NCBI GenBank assembly: GCA_965208975.1
Contig: CBDBQH010000003.1
Location: forward strand, 1,604,792-1,668,791
Direction of reading: 5' to 3'
Origin: Candidatus Poriferihabitaceae bacterium
GTDB taxonomy: Bacteria; Pseudomonadota; Gammaproteobacteria; Arenicellales; Poriferihabitantaceae
Length of the DNA stretch: 64,000 nt
The notes beneath the pieces are model-generated. The model made no database searches. It saw only the letters and a list, made by a program, of their open reading frames with translations, and had not been told where the DNA came from. Below are positions 10,589 to 21,481 of this stretch, piece by piece (within the stretch, counting starts at the first letter, position 1; every line of letters begins with the position of its first letter). The translations under genes were made by a program, and so were the position numbers.

Positions 10589-11533
10589 ATGGCATTGAAT
10601 CAGGGAATATTTTCGCGGCTTGCAAAAACCCGGCAGGCTCTGTCTTCCGGCTTGATGGGATTATTCTCGTCAAGGTCGAAGCTGGACGATCCGTTGTTCG
10701 ACGAGATCGAGGATCAATTGATTATGGCGGATTTGGGGGTGGCTACCAGCCGACTGATCGTTGACAGGTTGCGCGGTGAGGCCAGGTCCGGTCATTATAA
10801 CTCATCGGAGCGGGTGATCAGCGCTCTTGGGCAGATCATTCAGGCCATCCTGAACGAGAATCAGCGCTGTGGCCCTCCGGTTGCGCCCCAAAAACCCCAT
10901 GTCCTGTTGATGGTCGGGGTGAATGGGGTCGGCAAGACCACGACGCTGGCGAAAATGGCGAATCGGTTCAGGCAAAGCGGTCAATCCGTGATGATGGCTG
11001 CGTGCGATACTTTTCGCGCCGCCGCGATTGAACAGCTTCAGACCTGGGGGGAGAGGCTCGATATACCGGTTATTTCCCAGGCGCACGGTTCTGACGCCGC
11101 GGCGGTTGCATTTGATGCGTACAGCGCCGCCAAGGCCAGGGGGGTTGATTATCTGTTGATTGATTCGGCGGGACGACAACATACTCACAGTGACCTGATG
11201 GCGCAACTGGCCAAAATCAAACGAGTATTAGGCAAAACAGAGGAAACCGCGCCGCATGATGTGTATATCACAGTGGATGCGGGCAATGGTCAGAACGCGC
11301 TTTCCCAGGTTGAGAGTTTCAATCGTTCGATTCCGTTGACCGGCTTGTGTGTTACAAAACTCGATGGCACCGCCCGTGGCGGTATCGTGGTCGCGCTGGC
11401 GCACCGATTTGATTTGCCGGTCAGGTATATCGGGGTTGGGGAAGGGGTCGCGGATTTGAAGCCCTTCGACACCGATGAATTTGTTGCGGCCTTGTTGCCG
11501 GACATCGCGGACGTTGATCGTTCCGCGCATTAG
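10589..11533 (+). CDS. ftsY: Signal recognition particle receptor FtsY (short form, NG domain only)
   Basis: [27 protein letters not shown] and [10 protein letters not shown] motifs are present. Confidence 0.93.
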   Translation: MALNQGIFSRLAKTRQALSSGLMGLFSSRSKLDDPLFDEIEDQLIMADLGVATSRLIVDRLRGEARSGHYNSSERVISALGQIIQAILNENQRCGPPVAPQKPHVLLMVGVNGVGKTTTLAKMANRFRQSGQSVMMAACDTFRAAAIEQLQTWGERLDIPVISQAHGSDAAAVAFDAYSAAKARGVDYLLIDSAGRQHTHSDLMAQLAKIKRVLGKTEETAPHDVYITVDAGNGQNALSQVESFNRSIPLTGLCVTKLDGTARGGIVVALAHRFDLPVRYIGVGEGVADLKPFDTDEFVAALLPDIADVDRSAH

Positions 11534-11748
11534 CGCACACGAAAGACGATTCGGCCTTTGGTCAGATCATAAGGAGTGAGTTGAACGGTTACCTTGTCTC
11601 CGCGCAGTATCCGGATATAGTGCTTACGCATTTTCCCGGAGATATACGCAGTGATTTCATGCCCGTTTTCAAGTTCCACCCGAAACAACGTGTTGGGCAA
11701 GGCTTCTATGATCGTGCCCTCCATTTCTATGCCTTCTTCTTTTGCCAT
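11530..11748 (-). CDS. infA: Translation initiation factor IF-1
   Basis: [70 protein letters not shown]. Confidence 0.97.
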   Translation of the reverse strand: MAKEEGIEMEGTIIEALPNTLFRVELENGHEITAYISGKMRKHYIRILRGDKVTVQLTPYDLTKGRIVFRVR

Positions 11749-11847
11749 TGGATTACCATGTATTAAACAGGGGCGAAGTGTAAATTAAGCTACGGTTCAG
11801 GGCAAATGAAAACTGGCGCCCAAATTCCGCGATAGAGATTCAGGATT

Positions 11848-11892
11848 GTGTTTTCGGGCGGTGTGTTTTCAGGCGGTGTGTTTTCAGGCGGT
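11848..11892. repeat. 3 x 15-bp tandem repeat (gtgttttcRggcggt) upstream of paralog C
   Basis: Read directly from the sequence. Confidence 0.85.
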
Positions 11893-11952
11893 ATATTGAG
11901 TAGTCTGATTCTGATATAATCACCAACCCAACATAAAGGAGTATCCTTGATC

Positions 11953-12615
11953 ATGCCAACCAACGCCGTACCCACCTCGGACGAAATCTGGAAAATCCTG
12001 GGGGAGACTTCCGCCATCGGTAAAGAAACCGATAAGCGTCTGGATAAAACCAGCCGGGAAATGGCAGAATTTCGTATCAGTCAGGAAGAATCCAGCCGGA
12101 AGGCCAGCCGGGAAATAGAAGAGATTCGCGCCATTCAAAGAGAAACGGCAAAAGAGATAAAAGAAACCACCCGTGGACTGAAAGAAGCCAAAGCCCTGTT
12201 TACCACCCAATGGGGCCAATTGATGGAAAGTCTGGTAGAGGGGGATTTGATAGAGATTCTGAATCAATGGGACATAGCGATTGCCCATACCAGTACCCGT
12301 GTTAAACAAAGGGGTCGAGGTGATGATTATGAATATGACATTATTGCGGTAAACGGACGGGAAGTGGTAGTAGTAGAAGTGAAGACCACGTTGAAAGTAT
12401 CGGATGTCAAGGATTTTCTGGAGAGTTTAGGGAAGCTTACGACCCGTATGCCCTATCATAAAGACAAGATCATTTATGGAGCGGTGGCGTGGTTAAGAGC
12501 GGATGAGGAAGCGGAAGTTTATGCGGCGAAACAGGGATTGTTTGTGATACGGGCGACGGGCAGCAGCGCCCGTATTGTCAATCGGAAAGATTTCAAGCCG
12601 CAGGTCTTTTCCTGA
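11953..12615 (+). CDS. Coiled-coil + PD-(D/E)xK-like protein, paralog C
   Basis: It has the same length as paralog B (220 aa from the ATG). The first 16 aa (MPTNAVPTSDEIWKIL) and the C-terminal core (DDYEYDI..NG.EVVVVEVKTTLKV.DVKDF...GLFVIRATGSSA...DFKPQVFS) match, while the coiled-coil is divergent. Confidence 0.8.
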   Translation: MPTNAVPTSDEIWKILGETSAIGKETDKRLDKTSREMAEFRISQEESSRKASREIEEIRAIQRETAKEIKETTRGLKEAKALFTTQWGQLMESLVEGDLIEILNQWDIAIAHTSTRVKQRGRGDDYEYDIIAVNGREVVVVEVKTTLKVSDVKDFLESLGKLTTRMPYHKDKIIYGAVAWLRADEEAEVYAAKQGLFVIRATGSSARIVNRKDFKPQVFS

Positions 12616-12714
12616 AAACAGTACGGCGGGCACAGAGGGTCGCCCTGAATTTCCCGGATTGATGTGCCAAGGATGAGCCATAAGTGCGGTGATCACCATA
12701 ATGTTACTCTAAAA

Positions 12715-14547
12715 TCATTCCACCGTAACCGACTTGGCGAGGTTTCTGGGTTTGTCCACGTCGGTGCCTTTGATCAGGGCTACGTGGTAGGCGAGAAGCT
12801 GGAGGGGGATGGTGTAGATGATGGGGGCGATGGAGCTGTCGACCGGGGCTACGTTGGTGACCTGGAGGTTTTCCTGATTGGTCATTCTGGCGTTGGAGTC
12901 GGCGAAGACGATCAGTTTGCCGCCGCGGGCGCGCACTTCTTCGATGTTGCCCTTGAGCTTGTTCAGCAGGCGATCATTGGGGGCGACGGATATGACCGGC
13001 ATTTCGTTGTCCACCAGCGCCAATGGGCCATGCTTCAGTTCTCCGGCCGGGTAGGCTTCTGCATGAATATAAGAAATTTCCTTCAGTTTCAACGCTCCTT
13101 CCAGAGCAATCGGATAGTGTACGCCGCGTCCCAGGAACAGGGCATGATGCTTGTCTGCGAACTGCTCCGCAATGATCCGGATTACCGGCTCGAGTTCCAG
13201 CGAATCTTCTACCTTGCCAGGCAATTCCCGCAGTTCCCGCACTAGTCCGGCCTCGTCTTCTGCGGTCAGATTGAATCTGCGGCCAACCACGATGGTCAGC
13301 AGGCGCAGCGCGGTCAGTTGGGTCGTGAATGCCTTGGTCGAGGCGACTCCGATTTCCGCTCCCGCATGGGTCATCAGGACCAGGTCGGTTTCCCGCACCA
13401 GGGCGCTTTCCGCAACATTGCAAATTGCCAGGGAATGTTTATAACCTTCCGCTTTCGCCAGGCCTAAGGCAGTCAGCGTATCAATGGTTTCACCGGACTG
13501 GGACAGGGCGACCACCAGGCAATCGTCCGGCACGGCATGACTGCGGGAATGAAACTCACTGGCGATCTCGACCTGGCAGGGTACGCCGATCTCCTCAAAC
13601 CAGTGAAGGGCTACCATGCCGGCATGGTAACTGGTTCCGCAGGCGATGATCTGAACCGACCGGATGCGATCAAAGACGGCGCCGGCGGCGTTGCCGAAAC
13701 AGGCTTCAAGGACGCGGGTTCCGGTCAGCCGTCCTTCCAGCGTATTGGCAATCGCGACCCCTTGTTCGTGAATTTCCTTGACCATGAAGTGACGATAATC
13801 GCCGAGTTCGGTGGCATCTGCCGATATTGCGCTGACCTTGACTTCCCGGTGGCGGGGTTGACCGGCCAGGTCGGTGATCGTGATATGGCCGCCCTTGATG
13901 TCGACGATGTCGCCATTTTCGAGAATCAGGAACTCCCGCGTAACCGGGATGAGCGCCGACATGTCCGAAGCAATGAATGATTCACCCTGGCCGAGCCCGA
14001 CCACCAGTGGTGAACCTCGTCGCGCCCCGATCAGACGACCCGGTTCATCTGCGCTGATCACGCCAATGGCAAACGCGCCTTCCAGTACCGCGAGTGTTTT
14101 CTTGACCGATTCCAGAAGAGCCAGACCGTCCTGGATATGTCGATATATTTCGTTGACGATGACTTCGGTGTCGGTGTCGGAGTGAAATTCCATGCCGTCT
14201 GTGATTTGCGCCTGCCTGAGGCTCTCGTGGTTCTCGATAATGCCATTGCAGACCAGCGCGATTCGACCGCCGCTGATGTGAGGGTGGGCGTTGATTTCCG
14301 TGGGCGGGCCATGGGTTGCCCAGCGGGTATGGGCGATGCCGGTTGTGCCGTGCATGGCGCCGGAACCGGAAAGCGCCTTTTCCAGTTCGATGATTTTACC
14401 GACGGTGCGGGTACGTGAAATATTCCGCTCCGGGCCGATTAGCGCAATACCGGCAGAATCGTATCCCCGGTATTCCAGACGTTTCAGTCCGTCCAGCAGG
14501 AGCGGAAGAACATCAGACTTTGCGGCTGCGCCGACTATCCCGCACAT
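12715..14547 (-). CDS. glmS: Glutamine--fructose-6-phosphate aminotransferase
   Basis: It starts MCGIVGA, ends ...NLAKSVTVE and is 610 aa long. Confidence 0.97.
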   Translation of the reverse strand: MCGIVGAAAKSDVLPLLLDGLKRLEYRGYDSAGIALIGPERNISRTRTVGKIIELEKALSGSGAMHGTTGIAHTRWATHGPPTEINAHPHISGGRIALVCNGIIENHESLRQAQITDGMEFHSDTDTEVIVNEIYRHIQDGLALLESVKKTLAVLEGAFAIGVISADEPGRLIGARRGSPLVVGLGQGESFIASDMSALIPVTREFLILENGDIVDIKGGHITITDLAGQPRHREVKVSAISADATELGDYRHFMVKEIHEQGVAIANTLEGRLTGTRVLEACFGNAAGAVFDRIRSVQIIACGTSYHAGMVALHWFEEIGVPCQVEIASEFHSRSHAVPDDCLVVALSQSGETIDTLTALGLAKAEGYKHSLAICNVAESALVRETDLVLMTHAGAEIGVASTKAFTTQLTALRLLTIVVGRRFNLTAEDEAGLVRELRELPGKVEDSLELEPVIRIIAEQFADKHHALFLGRGVHYPIALEGALKLKEISYIHAEAYPAGELKHGPLALVDNEMPVISVAPNDRLLNKLKGNIEEVRARGGKLIVFADSNARMTNQENLQVTNVAPVDSSIAPIIYTIPLQLLAYHVALIKGTDVDKPRNLAKSVTVE

Positions 14548-14556
14548 AACTGGCGT

Positions 14557-15936
14557 CTATTTCTTTTCAGGCCGTTGCCAGTGCCTGACCGAACGCTGCC
14601 GCGCGCGGGAGACGGTCAGCGTATCGCCGGCTACATCATGGGTGATGGTCGAGCCTGCGCCAATGGTCGCTCCGTCGCCAATCGTGATCGGCGCTACCAG
14701 TTGGCTGGCTGATCCGACATGTACATCATCGCCAATCACCGTTCTGTGTTTGTTGGCTCCGTCATAATTGCAGGTAATGGCGCCGGCGCCCAGATTGACG
14801 TGTTTGCCGACCTCGCTGTCTCCGACGTAGGAAAGATGGTTGATTTTGCTTTGTTCCTTGATCAGACTGTTCTTTACTTCGACGAAATTGCCGATCCGCA
14901 CCCCGTCCTTGAGCACAGTCCCCGGGCGAATCCGCGCGAACGGCCCGAGTCGGCAATTTCTCCCGACCACGGCATTCTCAATCAGGCTATTGGCCTCGAT
15001 CACGCAGTTTCCACCGATGGTTGAGTCGCGTATGACCGTATTCGGTCCGATCACGACATCATCGCCCAATTTGACCTGTCCTTCCAGTATCACATTGACA
15101 TCAATTACACAATCCCTGCCGAAATCACAGGTTCCGCGCAGGTCAAAGCGGGAATGATCCAGCAGTGTGATACCCTGATTCATCAATTCCCCGGCAAGCT
15201 GCATCTGGTAGATTCTTTCCAGCCGGCCGAGGTCGGCCTTGCTGTTCACGCCCAGGGTTTCGGTAACTGAATCCGGGGAAACACTTTGTATTTGTATTCC
15301 GTCCCTGGCCGCGTTTGCGATTATATCGGTCAGGTAGAACTCATTTTGCGCGTTTGCGGAGGTGACCGAAGCCAGCCATCGGTTCAGCTGACGCCCCCTG
15401 GCGCACAGACAGTTGGTATTGGTTTCCCGGATATTTCTCTGGGTTTCGGTCGCGTCTTTCTCCTCGACAATGCCGGTGATCTCGTTCTTGTCGTTGCGGA
15501 TAATCCGCCCCATTGCGTGAGGGTTATCAAGCGATACGGTGAGCAGATTGAGATTTTCGCCGTGTGTGACGACCCGTTTGAGTGTTTCCAGGGAAATGAG
15601 CGGAACATCTCCGTTAAGGACCAGTACCGATGTGTTTTCCGCAATATCCGGCAACGCCTGCATGACGGCATGGCCGGTTCCGCGTGGTCTGGTCTGTTCA
15701 ACCCATTTCAGCTTGCCATTCGCGAGCAGGGATGAGCCGCATTGTTTGATTGCCGCGATGACCTGTGCCTTGCCATAGCCGACGACAACATGGATTCGTT
15801 TCGGCGCGAGTCCGGCTACCGTTTCGAGCAGATGTTGCAACATGGGCCTGCCGCCTAGCGGATGGAGCGCCTTTGGTAAATCAGAGTGCATTCTTGTGCC
15901 TTGTCCGGCAGCGAGAATAATGACTTCAAGTGGCAT
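14557..15936 (-). CDS. glmU: Bifunctional UDP-GlcNAc pyrophosphorylase / GlcN-1-P acetyltransferase
   Basis: ILAAGQGTRMHSDLPKALHPLGGRPML followed by a left-handed beta-helix hexapeptide C-terminus. It lies directly upstream of glmS. Confidence 0.96.
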   Translation of the reverse strand: MPLEVIILAAGQGTRMHSDLPKALHPLGGRPMLQHLLETVAGLAPKRIHVVVGYGKAQVIAAIKQCGSSLLANGKLKWVEQTRPRGTGHAVMQALPDIAENTSVLVLNGDVPLISLETLKRVVTHGENLNLLTVSLDNPHAMGRIIRNDKNEITGIVEEKDATETQRNIRETNTNCLCARGRQLNRWLASVTSANAQNEFYLTDIIANAARDGIQIQSVSPDSVTETLGVNSKADLGRLERIYQMQLAGELMNQGITLLDHSRFDLRGTCDFGRDCVIDVNVILEGQVKLGDDVVIGPNTVIRDSTIGGNCVIEANSLIENAVVGRNCRLGPFARIRPGTVLKDGVRIGNFVEVKNSLIKEQSKINHLSYVGDSEVGKHVNLGAGAITCNYDGANKHRTVIGDDVHVGSASQLVAPITIGDGATIGAGSTITHDVAGDTLTVSRARQRSVRHWQRPEKK

Positions 15937-16061
15937 GGCGCGGGTATATCAACACGGATTGTTCGATTTGGATGTTCGATTTGGATTGCCTGTACACAGT
16001 GCAGGCGTTACTATCAGGTGGTGTTGATTTTACATCTGTTTGCGTGGAGTTGCCTAAATAA

Positions 16062-16919
16062 ATGTCGCTGGAAGATCTTGAAAAAATAAAGGAAGAAATT
16101 CCTTATGAAAGCCCGGTCAATCCGGTTGAGTTGACGCTGGACAGCGAATTCCAGTTTCACTGCCATAAAGATATTTCCTGCTTTAATGAATGTTGCAAGA
16201 ACATTGATATTACCCTGATGCCTTATGATATCCAGCGTCTGAAGCGCAGGGAGGGCATTTCGTCTTCTGAGTGGGTTGCGAAATATACCCTGCCCTTTCC
16301 GATGGACGCGCATGACATGCCCGGCCTGAAATTGGCTACCCGGCCCGGGTCTACCGCCTGTGTATTCCTGACGCAGGAGGGTTGCAGTGTCTATGAGGAT
16401 CGGCCGACGGCCTGCCGCTATTATGCTCTCGGTTCAATGGGGGTGCGGAAACAGGGCGCGGCGGAAGTCGAGGATGTCTACTTCGCGGTCAGGGAGCCTC
16501 ACTGCAAGGGACACGAAGAACCCCGCATCCAGACTGTGAGGGAGTATCTTGTGGAACAGGGGCTTGTGGAGTATGACGAGAAGAACCGGGAGTGGCGGGA
16601 CATTGTTCTCAAAAAGCGCTCTTCAGGTCCCACTGTGGGGAAGCCAACGCCTCGTTCCATGCAGTTATTCGATATGTGCAGTTACGATGTTGATCATTTT
16701 CGCGCATTTCTGGAAAGCCCCGGATTTTCAGAGGTATTTGAAATGGATGAACGGGAGAAGCGGGAGCTTACGGAGGATGAGGACAGGCTTTTCCAGTTTG
16801 CCTGCCGTTTCTTGAAGCAGGTGTTATACGGGGAAATGAGTATCCCGGTGAATGCGGATGCAAAACAGCGGCGTCTGCAAAGAAGGCAGGAGAGATTGGC
16901 TGAAAATCAGGCCGAGTGA
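16062..16919 (+). CDS. YkgJ-family cysteine-cluster (CxxCxxCC) protein
   Basis: CHKDISCFNECCKN ... ACVFLTQEGCSVYEDRPTACRYYA. Confidence 0.7.
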   Translation: MSLEDLEKIKEEIPYESPVNPVELTLDSEFQFHCHKDISCFNECCKNIDITLMPYDIQRLKRREGISSSEWVAKYTLPFPMDAHDMPGLKLATRPGSTACVFLTQEGCSVYEDRPTACRYYALGSMGVRKQGAAEVEDVYFAVREPHCKGHEEPRIQTVREYLVEQGLVEYDEKNREWRDIVLKKRSSGPTVGKPTPRSMQLFDMCSYDVDHFRAFLESPGFSEVFEMDEREKRELTEDEDRLFQFACRFLKQVLYGEMSIPVNADAKQRRLQRRQERLAENQAE

Positions 16920-16964
16920 AGACGATGTGAAAACAGGATTGCCGGGCATAGAGTTTGGCCGCGG

Positions 16965-16992
16965 TTGAAAATCGTCTGGTTTATCCCCATGT
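16965..16992 (+). promoter_or_regulatory. Sigma-32 (heat-shock) type promoter for clpB
   Basis: TTGAAA, a 14-nt spacer, then CCCCATGT, compared with the E. coli RpoH consensus CTTGAAA-N13-15-CCCCATnT. It lies about 100 nt upstream of the clpB ATG. Confidence 0.6.
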
Positions 16993-17096
16993 AAAAACCA
17001 TAAGAATGTTGCCTGACGACAGTCCGGCGGCAGTGGATACGTGGTTTACAAAGCCGTTGGGTGACCATCCCAACGGATGACAAGTGAGGTCAAGTG

Positions 17097-19682
17097 ATGC
17101 GATTTGACAAGCTGACAACAAAATTCAGGCTGGCTTTGGGCGAAGCCGAAAGTCTGGCGATCGGGCGCAGTCATCAATTTATCGAGCCCCTGCATTTGAT
17201 GCTGGCGCTGTTGGACCAGGATGGTGGCAATGCCAGGCACCTGCTCGCCCGCAGCAACGTCAATGTCAGCCAGTTGCGGTCTTCACTCGGTCATGCGCTG
17301 GATAAACTGGCCCGGGTCGAAGGCAACCGGGGGGAGGTTCATTTATCCGGCAGCCTCTCAAAATTGCTCAATGTCTGTGATGGTCTGGCGCAGAAGCGCA
17401 AGGATCAGTTTATTGCCAGTGAGCTTTTTATTCTCGCGGCGGTGGATGACAAAGGCGCCCTCGGCAAACTGATGCGCGATGCAGGGGCTTCTGCAACCCC
17501 TTTGGAAAAGGCGATTGACACGATGCGCGGAGGTCAGTCTGTTGACAGCGAGAGCTCGGAGGACAATCGTCAGGCGCTGGAGAAATATACGGTTGATGTG
17601 ACCGAGCGCGCTGAGCAGGGCAAGCTGGATCCGGTGATTGGCCGTGATGACGAGATTCGCCGGGCGATCCAGGTTCTCCAGAGAAGAACCAAGAATAATC
17701 CGGTGTTGATCGGCGAGTCGGGTGTCGGCAAGACGGCCATCATCGAAGGACTGGCGCAGAGGATTGTGGATGGAGAGGTTCCGGATGGAGTCAAGAACAA
17801 ACGGGTGCTTGCGCTGGATTTCGGTTCACTTCTCGCTGGCGCCAAATATCGGGGTGAGTTTGAAGAACGCCTGAAAGCGGTGCTCAATGATTTGTCGAAA
17901 CAGGAGGGGCAGATCATTCTGTTCATTGATGAGCTGCATACCATGGTGGGCGCCGGCAAGGCGGAAGGCGCCATGGACGCGGGCAATATGCTGAAGCCGG
18001 CGCTGGCGCGCGGGGAGTTGCACTGTGTCGGAGCAACCACCCTGAATGAATATCGGCAATATATCGAGAAAGACGCGGCGCTGGAACGCCGATTCCAGAA
18101 AGTGCTGGTGAACGAACCGGGTGTCGAAGACACAATCGCCATTTTGCGAGGCTTGAAGGAGCGTTACGAGGTACATCATGGCGTGGACATTACGGACCCG
18201 GCCATTGTGGCGGCGGCAACGCTTTCCCATCGTTATGTCACCGACCGCAATCTGCCGGACAAGGCGATTGATCTGGTTGATGAGGCGGCGAGTCGGATTC
18301 GTATGGAAATTGATTCCAAGCCGGAAGCCATGGACAAGCTGGAGCGCCGGCTGATTCAGCTGAAAATCGAGCGTGAAGCGTTGAAGAAAGAGAGTGATGA
18401 GGCTTCCCGCAAGCGTCTCGATATTCTGGAAGCCGAAATCAGCAGGTTGGAGAGAGAATTTGCCGACCTGGCGGAGATATGGAATGCGGAGAAATCAGCC
18501 GTCCAGGGCAGCCAGCATGTCAAGGAGGAACTCGACCGCGCCCGGATTGAGCTGGAGGCCGCCCGCCGGGCCGGGGACCTGGCTCGAATGTCCGAATTAC
18601 AGTACGGACATATCCCCGAACTGGAAAAACAGATACAGGCCGCGGATTTGACGAACAAGCCGGAAACGACCCTGCTGCGTAGCCATGTCAGTGAGGATGA
18701 GATTGCGGAAGTGGTCGCCAACTGGACCGGTATTCCGGTTGCAAGGATGCTGGAAGGGGAACGTGAGAAGCTGTTGCGGATGGAGAGCAAGCTGCATGAG
18801 CGTGTGGTCGGTCAGGAAGAAGCCATTGCCGCAGTATCCAATACGATCCGCCGTTCCAGGGCAGGGCTGTCCGACCCGGGCAGGCCGTATGGCTCATTTT
18901 TGTTTCTGGGCCCGACCGGAGTGGGCAAGACTGAGCTGACCAAGGCATTGGCTGAATTCATGTTCGACAGTGAAGAGGCCATGGTGCGGATCGACATGTC
19001 GGAGTTCATGGAGAAACACTCCGTGGCGCGGCTGATTGGAGCGCCGCCCGGATATGTGGGATATGAAGAGGGCGGCTATCTGACCGAATCGGTTCGCCGC
19101 CGCCCCTACGCGGTGGTCCTGCTTGATGAGATCGAGAAAGCGCATCGGGATGTATTCAATGTTCTTCTGCAGGTACTGGATGATGGTCGATTGACCGACG
19201 GACAGGGACGCACAGTGGATTTCAAGAATACGGTTATTGTGATGACCTCGAATCTGGGATCCTCAAGATTGCAGGAAATCAGTCATGACAGCCGATCAAA
19301 AGATCATTATGCGCGGATGAAATCGGCGGTAATGGATGTGGTCGCGACACATTTTCGCCCGGAATTTGTCAACCGGGTGGATGATATGGTGGTTTTTCAT
19401 CCTCTGCAACGAGATCAACTCCGGGAAATAGCGCGAATCCAGATTCAGTATCTTGAAAGCCGCCTCGCCGAGCGGGACATGACGCTAGAAATCTCTGACC
19501 AGGCGCTGGACAAACTGGTTGAAGCCGGTTTCGATCCGGTTTATGGGGCACGGCCGTTGAGGCGGGCGATACAAACCCGGATAGAGAATCAACTGGCGCA
19601 GGAGATATTGGTCGGCAAAGTCATGCCTGGCGATCATGTTTCGGTTGCCCTTACGGGTGATGAGATCTGTTTCAACCGCTAA
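17097..19682 (+). CDS. clpB: Chaperone/disaggregase ClpB
   Basis: [21 protein letters not shown], two AAA+ modules ([10 protein letters not shown] and [10 protein letters not shown]) and a middle coiled-coil. Confidence 0.97.
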   Translation: MRFDKLTTKFRLALGEAESLAIGRSHQFIEPLHLMLALLDQDGGNARHLLARSNVNVSQLRSSLGHALDKLARVEGNRGEVHLSGSLSKLLNVCDGLAQKRKDQFIASELFILAAVDDKGALGKLMRDAGASATPLEKAIDTMRGGQSVDSESSEDNRQALEKYTVDVTERAEQGKLDPVIGRDDEIRRAIQVLQRRTKNNPVLIGESGVGKTAIIEGLAQRIVDGEVPDGVKNKRVLALDFGSLLAGAKYRGEFEERLKAVLNDLSKQEGQIILFIDELHTMVGAGKAEGAMDAGNMLKPALARGELHCVGATTLNEYRQYIEKDAALERRFQKVLVNEPGVEDTIAILRGLKERYEVHHGVDITDPAIVAAATLSHRYVTDRNLPDKAIDLVDEAASRIRMEIDSKPEAMDKLERRLIQLKIEREALKKESDEASRKRLDILEAEISRLEREFADLAEIWNAEKSAVQGSQHVKEELDRARIELEAARRAGDLARMSELQYGHIPELEKQIQAADLTNKPETTLLRSHVSEDEIAEVVANWTGIPVARMLEGEREKLLRMESKLHERVVGQEEAIAAVSNTIRRSRAGLSDPGRPYGSFLFLGPTGVGKTELTKALAEFMFDSEEAMVRIDMSEFMEKHSVARLIGAPPGYVGYEEGGYLTESVRRRPYAVVLLDEIEKAHRDVFNVLLQVLDDGRLTDGQGRTVDFKNTVIVMTSNLGSSRLQEISHDSRSKDHYARMKSAVMDVVATHFRPEFVNRVDDMVVFHPLQRDQLREIARIQIQYLESRLAERDMTLEISDQALDKLVEAGFDPVYGARPLRRAIQTRIENQLAQEILVGKVMPGDHVSVALTGDEICFNR

Positions 19683-19716
19683 TCCGGCGATATCCGGATA
19701 GAGGGTTCAACAGGTA

Positions 19717-20544
19717 TCAGGTGTTTTTTCCCTGATCGGATTTGCCGCATACCTGGGCGATGACCATGGCGGCCGTCGTAACCAGAATCATGATAGTGGA
19801 TATGGCGGCGATGGTTGGATCAATCTGGTCCCGCAATGCGAGAAACATGCTTCGTGTCATGGTTGACATGTTTCCGCCCGAGATGAACAACGCCACGATG
19901 ACCTCATCGAAAGATACGATAAATGCCAGCAATGCGGCGGTGACTACGGAAAACCGGATTTGCGGCAGGGTCACCAGCAGAAACGCCCTGAATCTGGACG
20001 CGCCCAGGCTGCGCGCCACGCGCTCCTGATTCATGTCGTAACTTTTGAGTCCGGCGCTGACTACGATCAGCGCCATCGGCAGCGCCAACGCCGAATGGGC
20101 AAGTACCAGACCGAACAGGGTGTTATTGAGTTTCAGTTTGGTGTAGGCGAAAAAAACGCCAATCGCAATCAGGATAACCGGCGCCATCATCGGCGTGATC
20201 AGCAGCACAAAAATGAATCTGGCCGCCTTGAGATTGGAAACGTACAGCCCATAAGCCGCCATGGTGGCAATCGGGGTGATTACGGCTACGGTCAGGAATG
20301 CAGCCTGGAAAGACACCCATGTCGCCCTCATCCAGGAACTGGAACCGAAATAATTTTCGTACCACCTGAGTGACCAGTTGCGCGGCGGGAATTCCAGATA
20401 CTGCGAGTCAGAGAACGACATTGGAATGACGATCAGCGTGGGAATGATTAAAAAGGCCATAATCACCCCGGCGACAATATATAACCACAATCGCCGGCCA
20501 TGGGTAATCCAGGTATCGGAGGCTGGACGGCTTAGCCAGTTCAT
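19717..20544 (-). CDS. ABC transporter permease (PotC/PotI-like)
   Basis: Six TM segments. The start at MNWLS (20544) forms an ATGA overlap with the upstream permease stop. The 70-aa N-terminal extension in the ORF track looks spurious. Confidence 0.8.
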   Translation of the reverse strand: MNWLSRPASDTWITHGRRLWLYIVAGVIMAFLIIPTLIVIPMSFSDSQYLEFPPRNWSLRWYENYFGSSSWMRATWVSFQAAFLTVAVITPIATMAAYGLYVSNLKAARFIFVLLITPMMAPVILIAIGVFFAYTKLKLNNTLFGLVLAHSALALPMALIVVSAGLKSYDMNQERVARSLGASRFRAFLLVTLPQIRFSVVTAALLAFIVSFDEVIVALFISGGNMSTMTRSMFLALRDQIDPTIAAISTIMILVTTAAMVIAQVCGKSDQGKNT

Positions 20545-21446
20545 GTGTTGTGTCCTCCACCCAGTACCCGGTCCAGCTGCAGCAGCCTGTGGGCCAGAAA
20601 CAGTACGCCCAGAGTGAGTACAAGCAATACGACGCCGAGAGCGCTGGCGGTGCCGAAGTTGAAGAACAGATCGATCAGTGTTTCGATCTTCATCGAGACC
20701 ATGATGACCTTGCCGCCGCCCAGCGCCGCCGGAGTAATGAAAAATCCCAGACACAGGACGAATACGACAATCATCCCTGCGAACAGGCCGGGCAGGGATA
20801 ACGGGAAAAAGACATGCCAGAACGCCTTGACCGGGCTGGCGCCGAGATTGGAGGCGGCCTTCATGTAGTCATAGTCGATGGTTTTCATCGAACCGAACAA
20901 CGGCAATACCAGAAATGGCAGCATGATATGCGCCATGCCGATCAATGTGCCGTTCAGGTTATGCACCAGCCTGATTGGTTCATCCCACCAGCCCAGTTCC
21001 ATCCCCCACTGATTGACCAGCCCCTTCCGTTGCAGTACAACCAGCCATGCGTAGGTCCGTACCAGCAACGAAGTCCAGAATGGCAGCAACACCGTGATCA
21101 TACCCAGCGCCGCCCAGCGTTTTGGTAACTGCACCAGGAAATAAGCCAGTGGATAACCAATCAGCACGCAGATCAGGGTGGTGAAAAAACTGACTTCGAA
21201 CGTGGTGCGAAAAATTCGCGTATACGATTTGCTGTCGAGCATGCGGGTATAATTGCTCAGGGACAGGACTCCTTCATCATTGAACAGCGACAGCCAGAAC
21301 AGCCAGCCCACCGGAATAACGATAATAATCAAAACCAGCGCCAGGGCCGGTACAGACAGGCCGAACAGCATCAGCTTTTCCCTGATTCTGTCGCGCCGCA
21401 GTCCTTCCGCGTTAATGCCCGCTGTGGTCGGATTCCGATTGTTCAT
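20541..21446 (-). CDS. ABC transporter permease (PotB/PotH-like)
   Basis: A multi-TM protein with an EAA-like loop (MKAASNLGASPVKAFWHVFFP). Confidence 0.8.
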   Translation of the reverse strand: MNNRNPTTAGINAEGLRRDRIREKLMLFGLSVPALALVLIIIVIPVGWLFWLSLFNDEGVLSLSNYTRMLDSKSYTRIFRTTFEVSFFTTLICVLIGYPLAYFLVQLPKRWAALGMITVLLPFWTSLLVRTYAWLVVLQRKGLVNQWGMELGWWDEPIRLVHNLNGTLIGMAHIMLPFLVLPLFGSMKTIDYDYMKAASNLGASPVKAFWHVFFPLSLPGLFAGMIVVFVLCLGFFITPAALGGGKVIMVSMKIETLIDLFFNFGTASALGVVLLVLTLGVLFLAHRLLQLDRVLGGGHNT

Positions 21447-21481
21447 TTGACCGGTTGGTTCCTGGTTTTCCTGACCTTGGG

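Noticed and set aside
15990-16004. A LexA-box-like ctgtacacagtgcag in the glmU/ykgJ intergenic region
   Set aside because: The spacing is CTG-N9-CAG rather than the CTG-N10-CAG of the gammaproteobacterial SOS box, and neither neighbouring gene is an SOS gene.
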